From Selaginella moellendorffii (lineage: Eukaryota; Plantae; Lycopodiophyta), in the NCBI RefSeq assembly GCF_000143415.4, contig NW_003314266.1, positions 1,634,463 to 1,698,462 of the forward strand: a stretch of 64,000 bases of DNA, in the 5' to 3' direction. Numbering within the stretch: position 1 is the first letter of the stretch; the number at the start of each line of letters is the position of its first letter. Below are positions 43,450 through 56,922 of this stretch, piece by piece. Both the position numbers and the translations under genes were made by a program. The notes under the pieces are model-generated. The model was not told the DNA's origin, searched no databases, and saw only the letters and a program-made list of their open reading frames with translations.

Positions 43450-45850
43450 TATTGTTATATATATAAACAATTTTCACTGATTGATCTAGCTGTTTATAAA
43501 AGTCACTGTATCCTAATTTAAGTGTTTGTGTTGGTTGTTGTTTTGGTCATAAGGAGCTGTTAATTGTCTTTGATCATATACAACAGGATTTGCCATATGC
43601 AACATATGCATATACACTTCCTGTCATACAATATCATTAGCTTGGATGATTAGTTTTTCTAAAGCCTTGTTCACATATTGGGAAATGTTAATATGATCCT
43701 CTTTTTGACTACATTGTCATCTTTAAAGTTTTGCTAACATCTTCTACAATCATGTTTGCAACATCCCAAGCTTCTTCACAGTCTGGTCTTCTAGATGGTG
43801 TTGCTTGGCTTCTTCTATCTGTTCTTGGGCCATCAGTCCTTTGGTTTGTTCCATTGAACTATTAGCCTTTTTTGTATATTACAATATAAGAATATTCTAG
43901 GGGTGTGAGGGTTATTCCAAAAGAGGGGTACATTCCCTTTCTCCCATACTTCTTAAGGTTTGTTGGAGGATGAATGGAGTTTAAGCATGTTTCCACCATT
44001 GAAAGCTCCCACTCCTAACCCAACATTTGCTAAATCTATTGGGAGGATTACTGATCCTCCTTTATAGTTTTTGGTTTTCCTTTGGATTTTCTTCTTTCTA
44101 GTGATGTAAGGAGTCTTCCTAGGATGTAGAGGAGCTTGCCCAAGAGCTCCTCTATGTCTTAGGATGTTCCAAGGCCAAATCTTTTGAAGTCTTCTTATAT
44201 TTTTCGCTTTCTTGCTCATGATGATAAAGTTTTTCATCTTGTGTGTGTTCATTGATCTTTTTGGAAAATGGAGGTGTTGGGTTTGCAGATCCAGGCTAAA
44301 CATGTATCTAGAATAAAAAAATTTGCAAATCCATACAAAGATTTTTATATGCAGCCATTGTTTCTTCATGGTGTGCATGTCAGTCATTCTAGAGCTTGGT
44401 GAACACAATATACTCAACCATTTCAATAATTCTTGGTCCCATCAAATAGATCTACTCATGGGCTCCTTGCATACAGATTTTGCCCTAAGATTGAGCTTTC
44501 TTTTTAGGCTCTTTAATTTAAGTATAAAGGAAGTTTAGGGAGCTTTTATACAAATCTAAGCAACTGAAGAGGATTTTGAATAGCTCTTGGCAAGATCTTT
44601 CTAATAAGGTTGAGAACACAACAGCCATAAGATCTTAATGATTTTTCATTCAAGTATGTGCTCAAGTTTTTAAGTTTGTTCTAGTGGGATTTTTAAGTTT
44701 GTCTTTTTTGTGAGATTGTAATGCTTGTTTCTAACTTTCTACTGTTTCATGATTTTTGGAGTTGTTTACAAAAAGTTTGAGGGTCTATTGTGTAATTTGA
44801 TATTGATTCATAGTGCCCTAAAGTGTATTTAGCTGCATCATCCCTCACGTTTGATCATCTCCTTTTGTTAAGAGACTCTTGATTGAGACAAGAGTAAGAT
44901 CTTGTATACAATGAGCAGACAAAAGACTATAATGTGTTATAATGAATGATACTATATCACAAAACTCAGTGACTTGAGTATTTTCAACTTTGGACTATCA
45001 CTTCAACATAAACCTAAATATGATATTTGGCATATCTCAGAAGGTTGATACTTGTTTATATTTGTTGTTTAAGTGCTAGTCACATAGAAGTTCTCAATAC
45101 ACTCACTTGGTTCAAGGGAAAGTTCTCTAGGCAATGTTGACTACTAGCTAGTGGTGTTGGTAAACAAGTCTTTGTCATTTATAGTGGATTCCAAAGAGAA
45201 GAGTGACTAGAACATTACACTAATAGTAGCTATTATCCACTTCCTCCATAGAGCAATGGACCTTTTAGTGTCTCAGCTTAGGAATATATTAACCAATTTT
45301 AAATTTACTTGAGGTACAACTAGATCACTGAAGATGTTGTGGCTTTCCTTTAATTCTTGAAGGGAAAAGTAGCAAATAGGGCATCATTTTTTCTTCCAAA
45401 TGAGCAACAATTTCTAGTTATGATGATAGATAAGTCCCTTAAGTAATTTAGAATGGAAAAACCAGCTAATAACTCTATATAAAATTGTTTTCATTCATGC
45501 AAGAGAGTATTGATGAGTACACCATTTAAGTAGTTCCAGAAGCTTTAATGTAAGTGTTTGATGTAGAGGCTTATAATAGATGAAAAGCCTATGATATCAT
45601 TATTCATACAAGGACTCAAGCCTAAAGTGCAACATAAAGTCCTCAAATAACAACATAAAACTTCTAAAGCAATACCTAGCATTATAAACTCTCTTTAACA
45701 TTTCTTTGAATGACGACTCAATCACAATAGATAACTTGGGATTGAGCATTACAATTGAATGATTGGGAAAGAACTTATCGAGACCATGCCTATGAGCAGG
45801 GGGCAAGAATTTGGATGACATATATTAATAAGTACAAAATGGGTGTAAAA
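43450..45850. mobile_element. Old, degenerate TE-like sequence (family not identifiable)
   Basis: CpG-poor, AT-rich, broken reading frames; adjacent to the LTR-like repeat at 45995-46165. Confidence 0.3.
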
Positions 45851-45994
45851 CTGATATTTTAATTAACTTATTCCATAATATTATTTAAGTATTACAGAAT
45901 TATTATAATTTAATTAGTAATTAATATATTATTATTATTATTATTATTATATTTTATCAAATAATTTTTGGTTTGCTTAATGTGGTAGTGGGTA

Positions 45995-46165
45995 TACCTA
46001 GAATATGTTTGGATCTTCTGGGATATGCTACTATCTAACCATTGTTATTCATTTAGATTAATCTTGTATTTAGAATTTATAAATATGTTTATAATTACTG
46101 ATCAATTGTATTAATAAATAATACTAGTATTAAGCAAACTAAGTGTTGCTGCATGCAACATACAA
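45995..46165. repeat. Second copy of the AT-rich LTR-like repeat
   Basis: Similar to 31555-31830 in the same orientation, ending ...CATGCAACA (minus-strand TGTTGCATG). Confidence 0.6.
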
Positions 46166-46839
46166 TAAATTTTTTTGTGTTCATTGGGAAATATTTAATT
46201 TAACATCTGAAATGTAGATATTTAAAGAAGTGTTTAAAAATAATATATAGCATTTAGCTATAATTTTGTTGAAAAAAATCATTTACATAACCAAATATAT
46301 TGATTAGAAAAAATATTAAGTTTGTAATTTTAGGTAGTATTATGAAATCGTTCAACCACATATTTTGGCAGGACATGTTCATCAAGCTTGATATCTATTC
46401 GTAAGCTTCCAGACATATGCTCAACTAACTTATGTCATCAAAGATACTACTAATAATAATGCTAACCATAGTTTACATCGTTGACATCTTACTCTCATTA
46501 CAGCTAAAACTGCCCTGTCCACCGTCCGATTTGGGGCTCCAACGGCGAAGGTCAAAGAGGCTTTTCCATCGCCTGGCATTTTTCCTTGAGAAGCTTTTTC
46601 CCTCTCCAAATCTTCTTTTCCATCCCCGACCCGAGCATTTCGCGACCAAACCTGCGGGTGCCCCTCCAGGGAGCACCACCACGCTCGTCGAATGTGACCG
46701 AGATCTCTTGCGTCTTGTGCAGATCTGGGACCTCTTCCATGGCTCTGGAGAGAGGCTCATCTCGCAGCCAGAGATGTGAGCACCAAGTTAAGTTGGTCCT
46801 GCTAAATGGAGTTTATATACGTACAGCTGACGACAGACC

Positions 46840-49401
46840 TTAGGAAGTAAGTCCTCGATTACCTGTAGCGTTTACGGTGTCCATGGCAGTGTCCGAAACT
46901 TTTCCAACTTCAGTGTCCTTGGCGGTGTCCATAGAGCTTGAAACTTTTCCAACTTCAGCAGCGTCGATAGAGCTTGAAACTTTTCCAGCGTCAGTGTCCA
47001 CAGCAGAGCTTGAAACTTTTCCACTTTCAGTGTCCATGGCAAAGCTTGAGACTTTTCCACTTTCAGCAGCTGGATTTCCGTCAACAGCATCTACGGAATC
47101 TCGTTTCTCCTCGTTACCACTTGTTGAAGGCGGAGTTTCTTCCGCCCCCTCTCGCTTTTCACTATCGCCCGCAGCTTCTTTATTCGTTTCCAGAGTCACA
47201 GGCTCGTTCGGCTTCAGTTCTTCTGCCCCCCTTGCGTCATTATGGTCGTCGTTCCCTGCCTCATCGTTTTTGTTGTCGCCATTACCTTCTTCCGCCTCGC
47301 TCTCTTTTTCCTTCTCCTTCTCCTTCTCCTTTCCTTTCTCACTGCCCTCTATCTTCTTTTGAACTTCCTCGAACTTGGATGTTGCCCATGGCGCAATGCC
47401 AACAGTCGGACTAGGATTGACAGTCCCTATGGTGAGAGAAGATATAGAATCCCGAGCCGAATACCAGCTATGGCCGCACTTCAGGCACTCCAGCTGAAAC
47501 AAAAACCGTGTCAATGCATACAAAATACAAACAGGAAACCAGACCTGGTATCTATCCCCGTGGGGAGCGTTGATGATGTCCTTAACTCCTACTTGAGGTT
47601 CTCCGCATAGAGCACAGCGAACGTCTGCCATCTGTTTGAAAACCTCGATGAGGAAAACCTTCAAACTTATGGCCAGTTACCTGTACAGTTTGAGGTTGTT
47701 CGGGTTCTTGCGCACTCTTTTCAGCTGCAGTCATTCCATCCTGGAACGAGAACAGGCATTCGTATCTCAACAGAAAACAAAGAAGAAGAACAAATTCCGA
47801 CCTTTAGCTCCGAAGGCGTCATATTAACAACAGTCAATGCTTGTAACTCCTTCGCAAGTAGCCTACGAGCCAAAACAGGACCGTTCTGCAACAGAAAATC
47901 GCGTTGGCGAAAAAGCGAACTTCACGAAACTTACCCTAAGGTTGTACTCTAAAGATCGCATTTTCAGGTTGAACTTGCGCTCGTCTAACGCCTCATAAGC
48001 TGCGGTTTCTAGAGAAGAAACCGCCGAGACCGCTTGCTCGGGAGTAAATTGCGGGTCCTGAATGCAGAACAAGTTAATCCAAACATGAAATAATACAGAA
48101 AACCACCTTTTCTCCTGCAGCTTCCGAGCCTTCTTGCTGTGTGGTCATATAGAAGGATTTGATGCTTGACATGATCTTCTCCAACCAGCGGTCCCTTTTG
48201 ATGTTCCCAGTTAGCACATTCATCTGCCGAAGCATCGCATTCACGTCTCCGTCCGCACCAGGAGTTACAGCCTCGACTTTAGCAACACTAGGTGTTTCAA
48301 CCTCCTCGGCTTTCCCACCTGGAGTGTCGCCTCCCTCCTCCATGGCAGCGATCTCTTCCTTCAAAACAGTTAGTGCTGGAGGATGAGGGATCGTTTTTCT
48401 TCGCAGTGTCCTCCTCACAGGCTTGTCCGGTTTGTCGGATTTCTCAGTCACCGCAATCACTTCCTCGACTTCGGCATCCTGAAGACCTCCCAGTGCCTTA
48501 TGTGTCTTCTGCACAAGCAGGTCGATTTCCTTCTGCTTTGCATCCTCGTAGTCTTTGTCCGTCAAGTTCCAGAGCTTCTTCTCCACGGTGTCATAAACCT
48601 TGCGAACTATAAACCCTGGATGCAGGGACCGAGGTGGCGACTTCTTGTGCGACGGTATGAAATGCACGACGCACTTGTGCATCACCGATTCCGCCGGAAC
48701 TTCGTCCCTGTGGAAGCTGTAAAACAGTTCTCGAGTATCGTCGGCCACCCAGCTACCTCCACCTTTCCTTTCAGCTTCCTCAGGCCGATAGAACCATTGT
48801 CCAGTCACAGCAATGGAACCATCCTTGTATTCTTTGATTTCCTGGAAGATGTGAATGCGATAAGGAAAACAAAGCCGCCAAGAAGTTTGAAAAAAACGCA
48901 CCTTGATAATCGCTACATATGGCTTCTGACTTTTTTCCTCTGGTGTTACTAGCACGGAATCCTCCTGCACATAAGCGTCTTCTATAAGGAAAAGCAAAGT
49001 AGATAAAATACAGAAGACTTTCACAAGGTTCGAAAAAAAAAGCGAATTTCCGAAAGCGCTGGAAAAGAAAACGGAAGAAATGCGATAACGAAAAGAACAA
49101 AAACGAGATAAGCTGGGAGACCAAGAGTCGGAGGAATCTAAAGGCAAACTAGAAGAAAACTAGAAGTTGAGAAGAGTTTTAGAGGAAATGGAGCATCACT
49201 CTAGAACTAGAAAACACTTACCAGGCAGTAGCGAGCACCATCGAGCTCAAATTCCTTGTAGAACTTACGCTCGGACCTCCCGCGGCCAGTCTTCCTGATC
49301 ACCTCGCCAATTGGCTTCACGTCCATGCTCTGTTCCTCCGGGGCCTCTTCGCTGCTATTCTCTACCTCTTCGCTCACCTTGGCTGCCTTCCTCTTCACCA
49401 T
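46840..49401 (-). CDS. AIPP3: BAH domain + TFIIS-M + Zn-ribbon protein (AIPP3/BDT1, At4g11560-like)
   Basis: MVKRKAAK...KFYKEFELDGARYCL|EDSVLVTPEEKSQKPYVAIIK|...GQWFYRPEEA..GGGSW...RELFYSFHRDEVPAESVMHKCVVHF...GFIVRKVYDTVEKKLWNLTDKDYED; KFNLKMRSLEYNL; RCALCGE...HGDRYQ|LECLKCGHSWY. The 3' end may include one more short exon (~46799-46789). Confidence 0.88.
46885..47065 (-). repeat. ~36-bp (12-aa, ESGKVSSFAMDT-like) coding tandem repeat in the AIPP3 tail
   Basis: GAAACTTTTCCA (or a one-base variant) recurs about five times; repeated GKVSS in the translation. Confidence 0.85.
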
Positions 49402-50331
49402 CGCTCCTCCCACAAACCCTAAATGCCAACGTGGATGCCACGAGCCTAAAATAGGGTCCACGATGGCGTTTTGGATGGGAATCTTTGTCGCATTTTTCAA
49501 ATCTTAGTTCTCGGCTACTTCTTCTTGATCCTCTAGCTTTAGCTCGGAGCGCTGTGACCACGGCTGTGACGATGGGCAAGTATCGATCACGCTCACGAGC
49601 GTCACTGATCATGATCGCTTGAACGAGGATCATGGACCTCGAGGGAATCCAGCTGAGACATCGAGATCACGTTTGGGATCCCAGGGCCTGGACGATTCAA
49701 ATTCGTTGTCTTGGTTGTAGGTCGCCATTATCGAGTTCCAAGAGGCTACATTTGCAACGATTCAGCAGGTTCCATGGCGAGAGCTCTGATCATCATGCTC
49801 GTGTGCAGATCTGATCAGATCTCCACACGAGCTCCAGTGGGAGCTCATGAAGGTCTCAAGATACAGACACTAAGCCCGTGAACTCCCAAAAATGCAGGAG
49901 CTGCAGTGCATCGTGTCAGGTTGGCTTTTCCAGCCGCCAAAAATGCACCGTTTGCTCCATCGATCTAGACAAGTTTTTCTTTCTGTCATGCTAACGTTTC
50001 TTCTCCAGGCCCTCTTCTCCACAAAACTTTCCAACGTTACTTGCACGCTTCCATCAGGTGAGAATCATGTCAAATTTTCTAGTTGTTGATTTATAAACTT
50101 ACCAGCCCCTTCCTCGTGTTCGTTCTTTTTTACATGAAATTTTCATTCGTTTTCTTTAGCCTGACTCAAATGGCCGGATTGCCAGAACAGCCAGCATATT
50201 GTGGAAGTGAGAGTTCGAAGTTGGTCTTTTTCTGTAATTTTCTGACGAGAAGCTTGCAACAACATGATAATCTGTAACACAGCTTATCATGTGTTAGATG
50301 TGTATTCCAAGTTCAAGTTTGTTGTGTATAT

Positions 50332-50360
50332 TGTGTTGTGTGTGTGTGTGTGTGTGTGTG
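50332..50360. repeat. (GT)n microsatellite
   Basis: Read directly. Confidence 0.9.
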
Positions 50361-51299
50361 CCATTTAATAATGACATTATCTTTATCTTTATAACTTCAC
50401 AAAGAGAAAGCTCTAAATAGCAGAAGGAGATATAGACTTCTAAATTAGTTTGTTGTGTGTTAATCTATAATTTATATGTAAAGGATGGGAGAAATTTATT
50501 ATAAATGTTAATGGGTAGAAATTATATTTTATCATTTAATAATTAAGTTACCTAGAAAATTAACTTTGATGCACCTTTCTTAAGTTCGAAGAATTTATAT
50601 AAATAAGATTCATTGTTGAACTTGTTTTTGTCAGAAATCAAAAGCATTAGGAAATAGCACAAAATGCAAAAAAAACGAGGCTAACTGTAACATTAGCTTC
50701 CTTAACAATTGATTTTTTTATATTTAATTGAATTAAAAAAGTTTTTATATGTTTATTTTTTTTCTCTCATATATATATACCATACTTATAATTTAATATT
50801 AAAATATGGATAATATAATATTGCAAGACTGAGATCTTTTAATACATTAATACTTGATAATATTAAAAGTACCAACATTATTCCTTTTATAACATACATT
50901 AAAATTTTATGTGTAAAATCTACTTTATAAAGTTATTGACATCCTTAAATTAAAGTTATTATTAACTTCTTATAGCACTTAAATATTTTATTTCCTTTTA
51001 AAATAAAATGCAAATATATCAAACATTTTGTTACTATTTATTTTGGTGTGAAAATAATCTGGTTTTTCTTCTATCTTAAGCATTAACAAATTTCATTCTT
51101 AATTAATATGAATAAAAACTAATGTTTTAAATGACTACTATAAATCTAGCATTTCACAAAAAAGAACTATAAAGTAAGACTATATTGTTAAATTAAAATA
51201 TTATGGTTTAATTGTGCAATATATAATTTATAAGTATAGTTCTTTAATCACTTAAATCATAATACAAGATATTCTATTAAAAAAGTACATAAACCATAC

Positions 51300-54060
51300 T
51301 TACAATAATGAGTTAGAGCATCTCACCTTTACAATGCAATGGCAGCTCAAGGGACAAGCATTCTCAACACAAAGTGTCTTCTTTGTGTCTAAGTCTCTGC
51401 CAAGACCAATACCGCTCTTTCTCATGCCAACCATTTGTTAGCACTACACCATAGAGGTCACACACAACTTTGTGTCAAAGTTGTTTTCTTTTTGGGAACA
51501 CCTTTCCCACGACTTTAGCATGGCACATTTTGCCATCGATGAGATACCCTCTGTTCTCATCCTTGGATCCTATGATCCCCCCCCCATCCTTCGTGGGGTA
51601 CAACACACCTCAGTCCAAATGCTTCCATCAGTCCTTTTAGGACCATTCCTTGACTCTACTTGAGTCATCCAGCAGTTTTGGACTTGGTTAATCCACAGAC
51701 CCGTAAGGTCCCACTTGTGAGGCACTAGCTCACTAGAATACACTTCTTGCATTCCTGTCCTACTCAAAAGGACTATTTTCACAAGTGTTACTCTGACACT
51801 TGTTTTTGTTCTCTAGGGCAACCTTTGCCCCCTTAGGACTACTTGTCCATGTGATGAGAATACCAACTCATCTCTAAGTACACCCCCCAACTCCTTGGGT
51901 TGTTCCAGCATTTATTAAAGGTAGCCCCGGCTACCATTTCAAGGACTTGAGTCCTCTTCCGTATTTGACCTCCCACGGTTATTACTTCTAGTCTCACATT
52001 CATGAGCATCAACCTCAACTATATGAGGATAATCTTGTGACTCCCTTATTGCTTTGGAGTCTTTATCTTTCCTGTGATCCCAACTTTAGTTGTTTACCAC
52101 AACTACATTAGCCATTTACTGAGTCAAACGTTCATCTAGATCACATCCTCAACTCTTTGAGGAAAACCATATACTGTTCCCAAGATCCCAAAGTCGTTCC
52201 TTTACCGGCCCCTTTTCTATCCACCACATCGCGCCCAAGTCACACATGAACTTGAGTGGAGAGCCATGTCCTCTCGGCATGCTACTCTTCAAGGATAAGC
52301 CCACTCCTAGGACCTTCCAATGCCATTATCAATAGTGATATACTTGAGCACCAATAAAAGTCGGACTAAGGAACAGCTCTGATACCAAATTGTAAGCGAC
52401 TAAATTTTCCATTTTACTTTAGTCACTTAACCGCACCTCCGACCACTGGGAGGAGTCTCACTCACAACCTCCGTAAGTCCTATTTTGGACTTGGGCTTAC
52501 TAGCCACGAGAATGGCATCCCCGCCACTCAACTTTGTGCACTTGGTCCAAGTGCTCCACGTGTCCGATCCCATGACCGACACCCCAAGGTACCACCAACA
52601 TATCAGCCTGTTACGCTAAGGCCATGCCCATTCACCTTGGTCACAACGATGGTCTGACACCACCTGCATCCCAGTCCTGTCACTCAAAGACTGGGCCATC
52701 CATCCATGAGTGATCGTCCCATATCCACTCCTTAGCATCCTTAGGATGCCCACCAACATGGGGATTAGCCTTCCCCAATATCTCTGTTCCAGTCTCCACT
52801 AAGTCCCTTTTCGTCCATGGCCGTGTTCGCCAACACTGCCACTGGATCGAGGCCCACAGGCTCAACCACTAAGTCCCACGGTCTTCTGGGACTTCCTCAC
52901 CACATGACTGTGTCCTTGGTCACTACCCCAGAGGACTGCTCCTCTTCCTTTCCACAGTCTGGGCCTTTGGGACAACATTTCGGAACACCGTGGCCTTATG
53001 CGAGCCACCTGGGTACTCTCCCCGCCTTCCGCCCTTGGGTGCTCTAGCCATAGGCTTAGAGCGAGGTTCCGTTGAGCCACGCCTGGTATCCAAGTAGGTA
53101 GTGCCACCCACACTTGGACTGGGAACATCGGCCAGTCGATCTCCCGAGGGAACTAGAGCCGGCTCTTGAACACTTCACCAAGCTACCCCGCTTGTCGGTC
53201 CGTGTTCACTCTAGTCTTGGACTTCCCAGTGGTCAGCTCATCACCCAACACTGGGTCTAGCCTTCCTGGGCCAAACTGGCTCCACTGGGCTCCAACCCCC
53301 ACACTCTCCCTACTATACTTTTGGAACCCCCCGCAGCCCCCGCCCCCCCCCCCCCCCTGGGGGACGATCGCTTTGGGCTTTCACCCAACTGCCTATATTA
53401 GTATTCGGACTCAGACTCGGACTCGGTCTCGGTCTCGGTCCCGGATTCGGACTCGGACTCGGTCTCGGTCTTGGTCTCAGTCTCGGTCCCAGTCTCGGTT
53501 CCATCTCGGACTCCATCTCGGACTCCATCTCGGGTCCATCTCGGACTCCATCTCGGACTCCATATCGGACTCCACTTCGGGTCCATCTCGGACTCCATCT
53601 CGGACTCCATATCGGACTCCACTTCGGGTCCATCTCGGACTCCATATCGGACTCCACTTCGGGTCCATCTCGGATCCATATCGGACTCCATCTCGGACTC
53701 CAACTTAGACTCCATCTCGGACACTTCCACGTGTCATGTGTTGGTCCTTTTTGGGTCCCTTTTTGGAGCCTTGCTTATTGGTTGCCTCGTGCTTGCTCCT
53801 CGAGCACTTTGTTGGGAGTTCCACTCCCGCTCTCGACCTTCCAAGTCGGAGCTTTTAGTCCAAACGTGTTATGCTCGTTTGGCTTTCGCTTCGGCCACTA
53901 CCACATGGCACCCTTTCCAGCTCCACTTTGGGGGCCTAGGGATTTTGTGTCTCACAAACATCTCCTCATCAGGATGATTCGGATTGGCGACTTCCATTTC
54001 CAAGGTGGAGACCTTGGCGTCAACAATGTTTTGTTGGTGTTGCTACAGTGGAAAGTCTAG
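51300..54060 (-). mobile_element. Truncated LTR retrotransposon with a long LTR (likely Ty3/gypsy): LTR from 52391 rightwards, PBS 52387-52376, decayed internal region to the left
   Basis: GCTCTGATACCA-AAT-TGTAAG reads on the minus strand as ...CTTACA + TGGTATCAGAGC (tRNA-iMet PBS). GC-rich LTR-like body with a tandem array. Outer limits are approximate. Confidence 0.65.
53405..53722. repeat. Tandem array: (TCGGAC/TCGGTC)n hexamers grading into (TCGGACTCCATC)n 12-mers
   Basis: Read directly; produces spurious SR- and MESE-repeat ORFs. Confidence 0.95.
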
Positions 54061-54191
54061 ACACCGAGATGCATCTGGGAAATGAGGAGACACGCGAGTA
54101 ACGGAGGGACCTTGCACGAATAAGTCAGTGACCCCTTCATCTTTTTTTCAGGAGTATCATCAAGAGGGTTCATTCGGCACCGGTTCATCTA

Positions 54192-54525
54192 GTGTTTACT
54201 TTCCAAGCTTGTTTTTATAACAAGAGGTCTCCTATTATTCTCTGCGTATTGGTTGATACAGGTTTGAGTTTATCTTCTATTACTCGACTTATTGCCACAC
54301 ATTGCCGTCTACACTTGTGTCGTGCGGTGGAACCAGTTTTCATTCTTTATGGCAACGGCCGTCCACATGCATGTGCACGGGATGAGGTGGACTTAGTTAT
54401 GCGTGTGGGCGATCTCGAGCTTGAGTTGCAGTCATTGTGGGTGGTGCCGAGTCAAGCTTTTGACCTCATCCTTAGTATGGATTGGTTGCAGTGCAATGAT
54501 GCCAAATGTGACTTTGAGGCTTCTC
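54192..54525 (+). mobile_element. Ty3/gypsy aspartic protease (retropepsin) remnant
   Basis: CVLVDTGLSLSSIT...V.ILYGNG...FDLILSMDWLQCNDAKCDF matches the LVDTG and DLILGMDWL retropepsin motifs. Confidence 0.75.
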
Positions 54526-54659
54526 CCCGTGTCTCATACTTCCTTATGTTTTATCCATTTTTCTCACTTCTGTACCTTTTCATCCCTCTACTTCTACCTT
54601 TGCTTCCATTACTTTTGTCCCCCCACTATTGTAACACTAGCTCCAATAGTATCTTTAAC

Positions 54660-55190
54660 TGAATCCTTTCATGCAAATGTGTCCAGCTGGATCTCATCAA
54701 GCACAACATGCTCCTCTAGAGCCTCATGATTTACTGCAAAGTGAGCAACACATGGATAGAAATATCCAGAGCCAAGAGTTGTGCAAAGCTTCAATATAGA
54801 ATGAGAGTCTAACAGTTGGGATGTCATCAGAAGCGCGTGCAACACATGCTTTTCCACTTCTTGTCATCTTGTGACAAGGGACAAGGGAGTTTGATCATTG
54901 TAAATGGCAAGTACTTCTTGCTTCTTAAATAATGGGAGCTTGATCATCGAAAATGGAAGGACAATGCATGTTTGGAAGCCATCAGAGGATGTCCTCAAGT
55001 CTCTACTAGAAGGAGGCAGTGACCAAGAGGACTGGAGGAAATCTATATGGGAAATGGAGGTTCTGGGTGGGATCTTTACATGGTCTTGTAGAACAGGCTG
55101 GGATGTTCAAGATGATGAACAGGTTTGGGGTGGTGGCTGATATTGCAACTTAAAGTCCCTTGTCATCCAACTAGCAAGTGTAAGTCCATA
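54660..55190 (-). mobile_element. Possible LINE 3' (zf-RVT) remnant
   Basis: Minus-strand CTTGTCCCTTGTCACAAGATGACAAGAAGTGGAAAAGCATGTGTTGCAC reads like CP.CHK...E...HVLH.C across frameshifts; weak. Confidence 0.3.
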
Positions 55191-56922
55191 TACACATTCT
55201 TCTTTAAAATAACTAAAATATAGTTTGGAATTATAATTTTTTAAGGTTGTAAAAAATACAATAGATGACCAGATGAGAATTCTTTATACATAATAAATAT
55301 CTATAATTTATTTTGAAATTATATGGTTGTGATTTATGACTCACATTACCTTAGAAAGCTACCTAAAGTAGAGAAAAATAAATATATTGATAAATTTATT
55401 ATTATTTTCAATAAAGTTGCAATTTATTATCCCATATCTAGCTTTAAACTGTTGATACAATTGTGCAAGTAAAAGATTGAATATAAATATAGGTGTTGCT
55501 TATTAGAATTTTTATTCAAATGTAACATCAGGCACTTAGACTTAAATTTTAGATACTTAAGCAAACTTCAAATAAAAATTTAATTTATATATTCTATTTT
55601 TACTTTTTAGTTTGCTTACCCTTAAAAGCTACTACATGTAAAATAAGTACATAATTAAAAACCTAAATATTCAATATAAATTTTAAAAATGACATTTTAT
55701 TAAAAAATCATTGATTCTAAATAAAAGATCTTCAGAGAAGATCCTTGCACATGTCCTGCAGATCTGGCATCATTGCAACAGCATCTTCTAGAAGCTAGAT
55801 CATGAGAGGAGAAAAATATGTCGCAATTGGGAACCCCTGCACCAACGATGGGCAGAAACATTGAACCAATTCCGCTTGGTTAATTAAAGTGTGCAAAACA
55901 AGCCTATCCCGGATCCTCCATGCAAACATACCAAGCATATACCTGCAGTAAACATTGAATTTCAATCATATTTTCATTTAATTAAAAGAGTACCTACAAC
56001 AACCAAAGACTGTAGGATCTCCACCAGACCCAGAAGAACTAGCAATCAATCAAAAGAATAACCCTAAACCAAAACTATTTCTATAAATTTATAAATTTAC
56101 TAAATTATTTCAAACTAAATAATGAATAAAATAAATAATTTTTTTAATTTTCTTTTAGTTTCAAATTCACATTGTCTATCTATATTTTATCAAAATCCTA
56201 AAGGTGTAATAACAATTCAATTCAGACAAAAAAAATTAAAATACCTATTATATTACAACTTATTACACAAGCAGGTAAAAGAAATAAACTTTAATAGGAT
56301 TTTCAGTATCTAAAGTTGTACATGCTAAAGATAAAGTTTTGATGGTCATAATTAGTGCTTTTGATGTAAAAAAATATTCAGATATTATGTTATATTTTAT
56401 ATTATACTCCCTACTCTTTATATGCATAATAATGGTAAATTTCTAGCAAAACAATTTATAAAGCTTTTAAGAAATTATTTATTAAATGATTTTGTAACTT
56501 ATCTTCCTGCTTCAATATATTTATATTAAGAAAAATTTATAAAACTTGCATTAAAAGTGAACCATTTTTTTTTTCAATTCTTTACAGTGGATATTTTCTA
56601 ATATCTCCTAATCAACTATATATTTTATATATGCAATTAGATTGTAATTTAGTACTTTATTATTAAAAAAAAGTAGTTTTGGAAACAAAAACTAGTTAAA
56701 AAGATGTTCAATGCTTCCTTAAAATGAAAAAATATGGAAATCTTGTAATATATAATAAATATATGAAAGCTGTATGATTTTATAATATATATTGTAAAGA
56801 TATTTGGGTTACATTCAAACTGATAGGTGTGCTCAAGTCGTCTGGTAAATGGTCATCCGTGAGGCGGAGGCAGCCACCCTCCTCGTTGTATGGCCCTGCG
56901 TTGCGCTGCCCCCTTGTGTCGC

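Noticed and set aside
49570-50280. Plus-strand gene divergent from AIPP3 (MGKYRSRSR...)
   Set aside because: Early stop codons and no recognisable domain; cannot support a CDS.
53166-53977. SR-like or MESE-repeat proteins; CRISPR-like array
   Set aside because: Pure 6/12-bp tandem DNA repeat with no unique spacers, in a eukaryotic LTR context.
55730-56060. GC-richer island with one GT-AG intron on the minus strand
   Set aside because: All frames are interrupted and no family was recognised; at most an unidentifiable gene relic.
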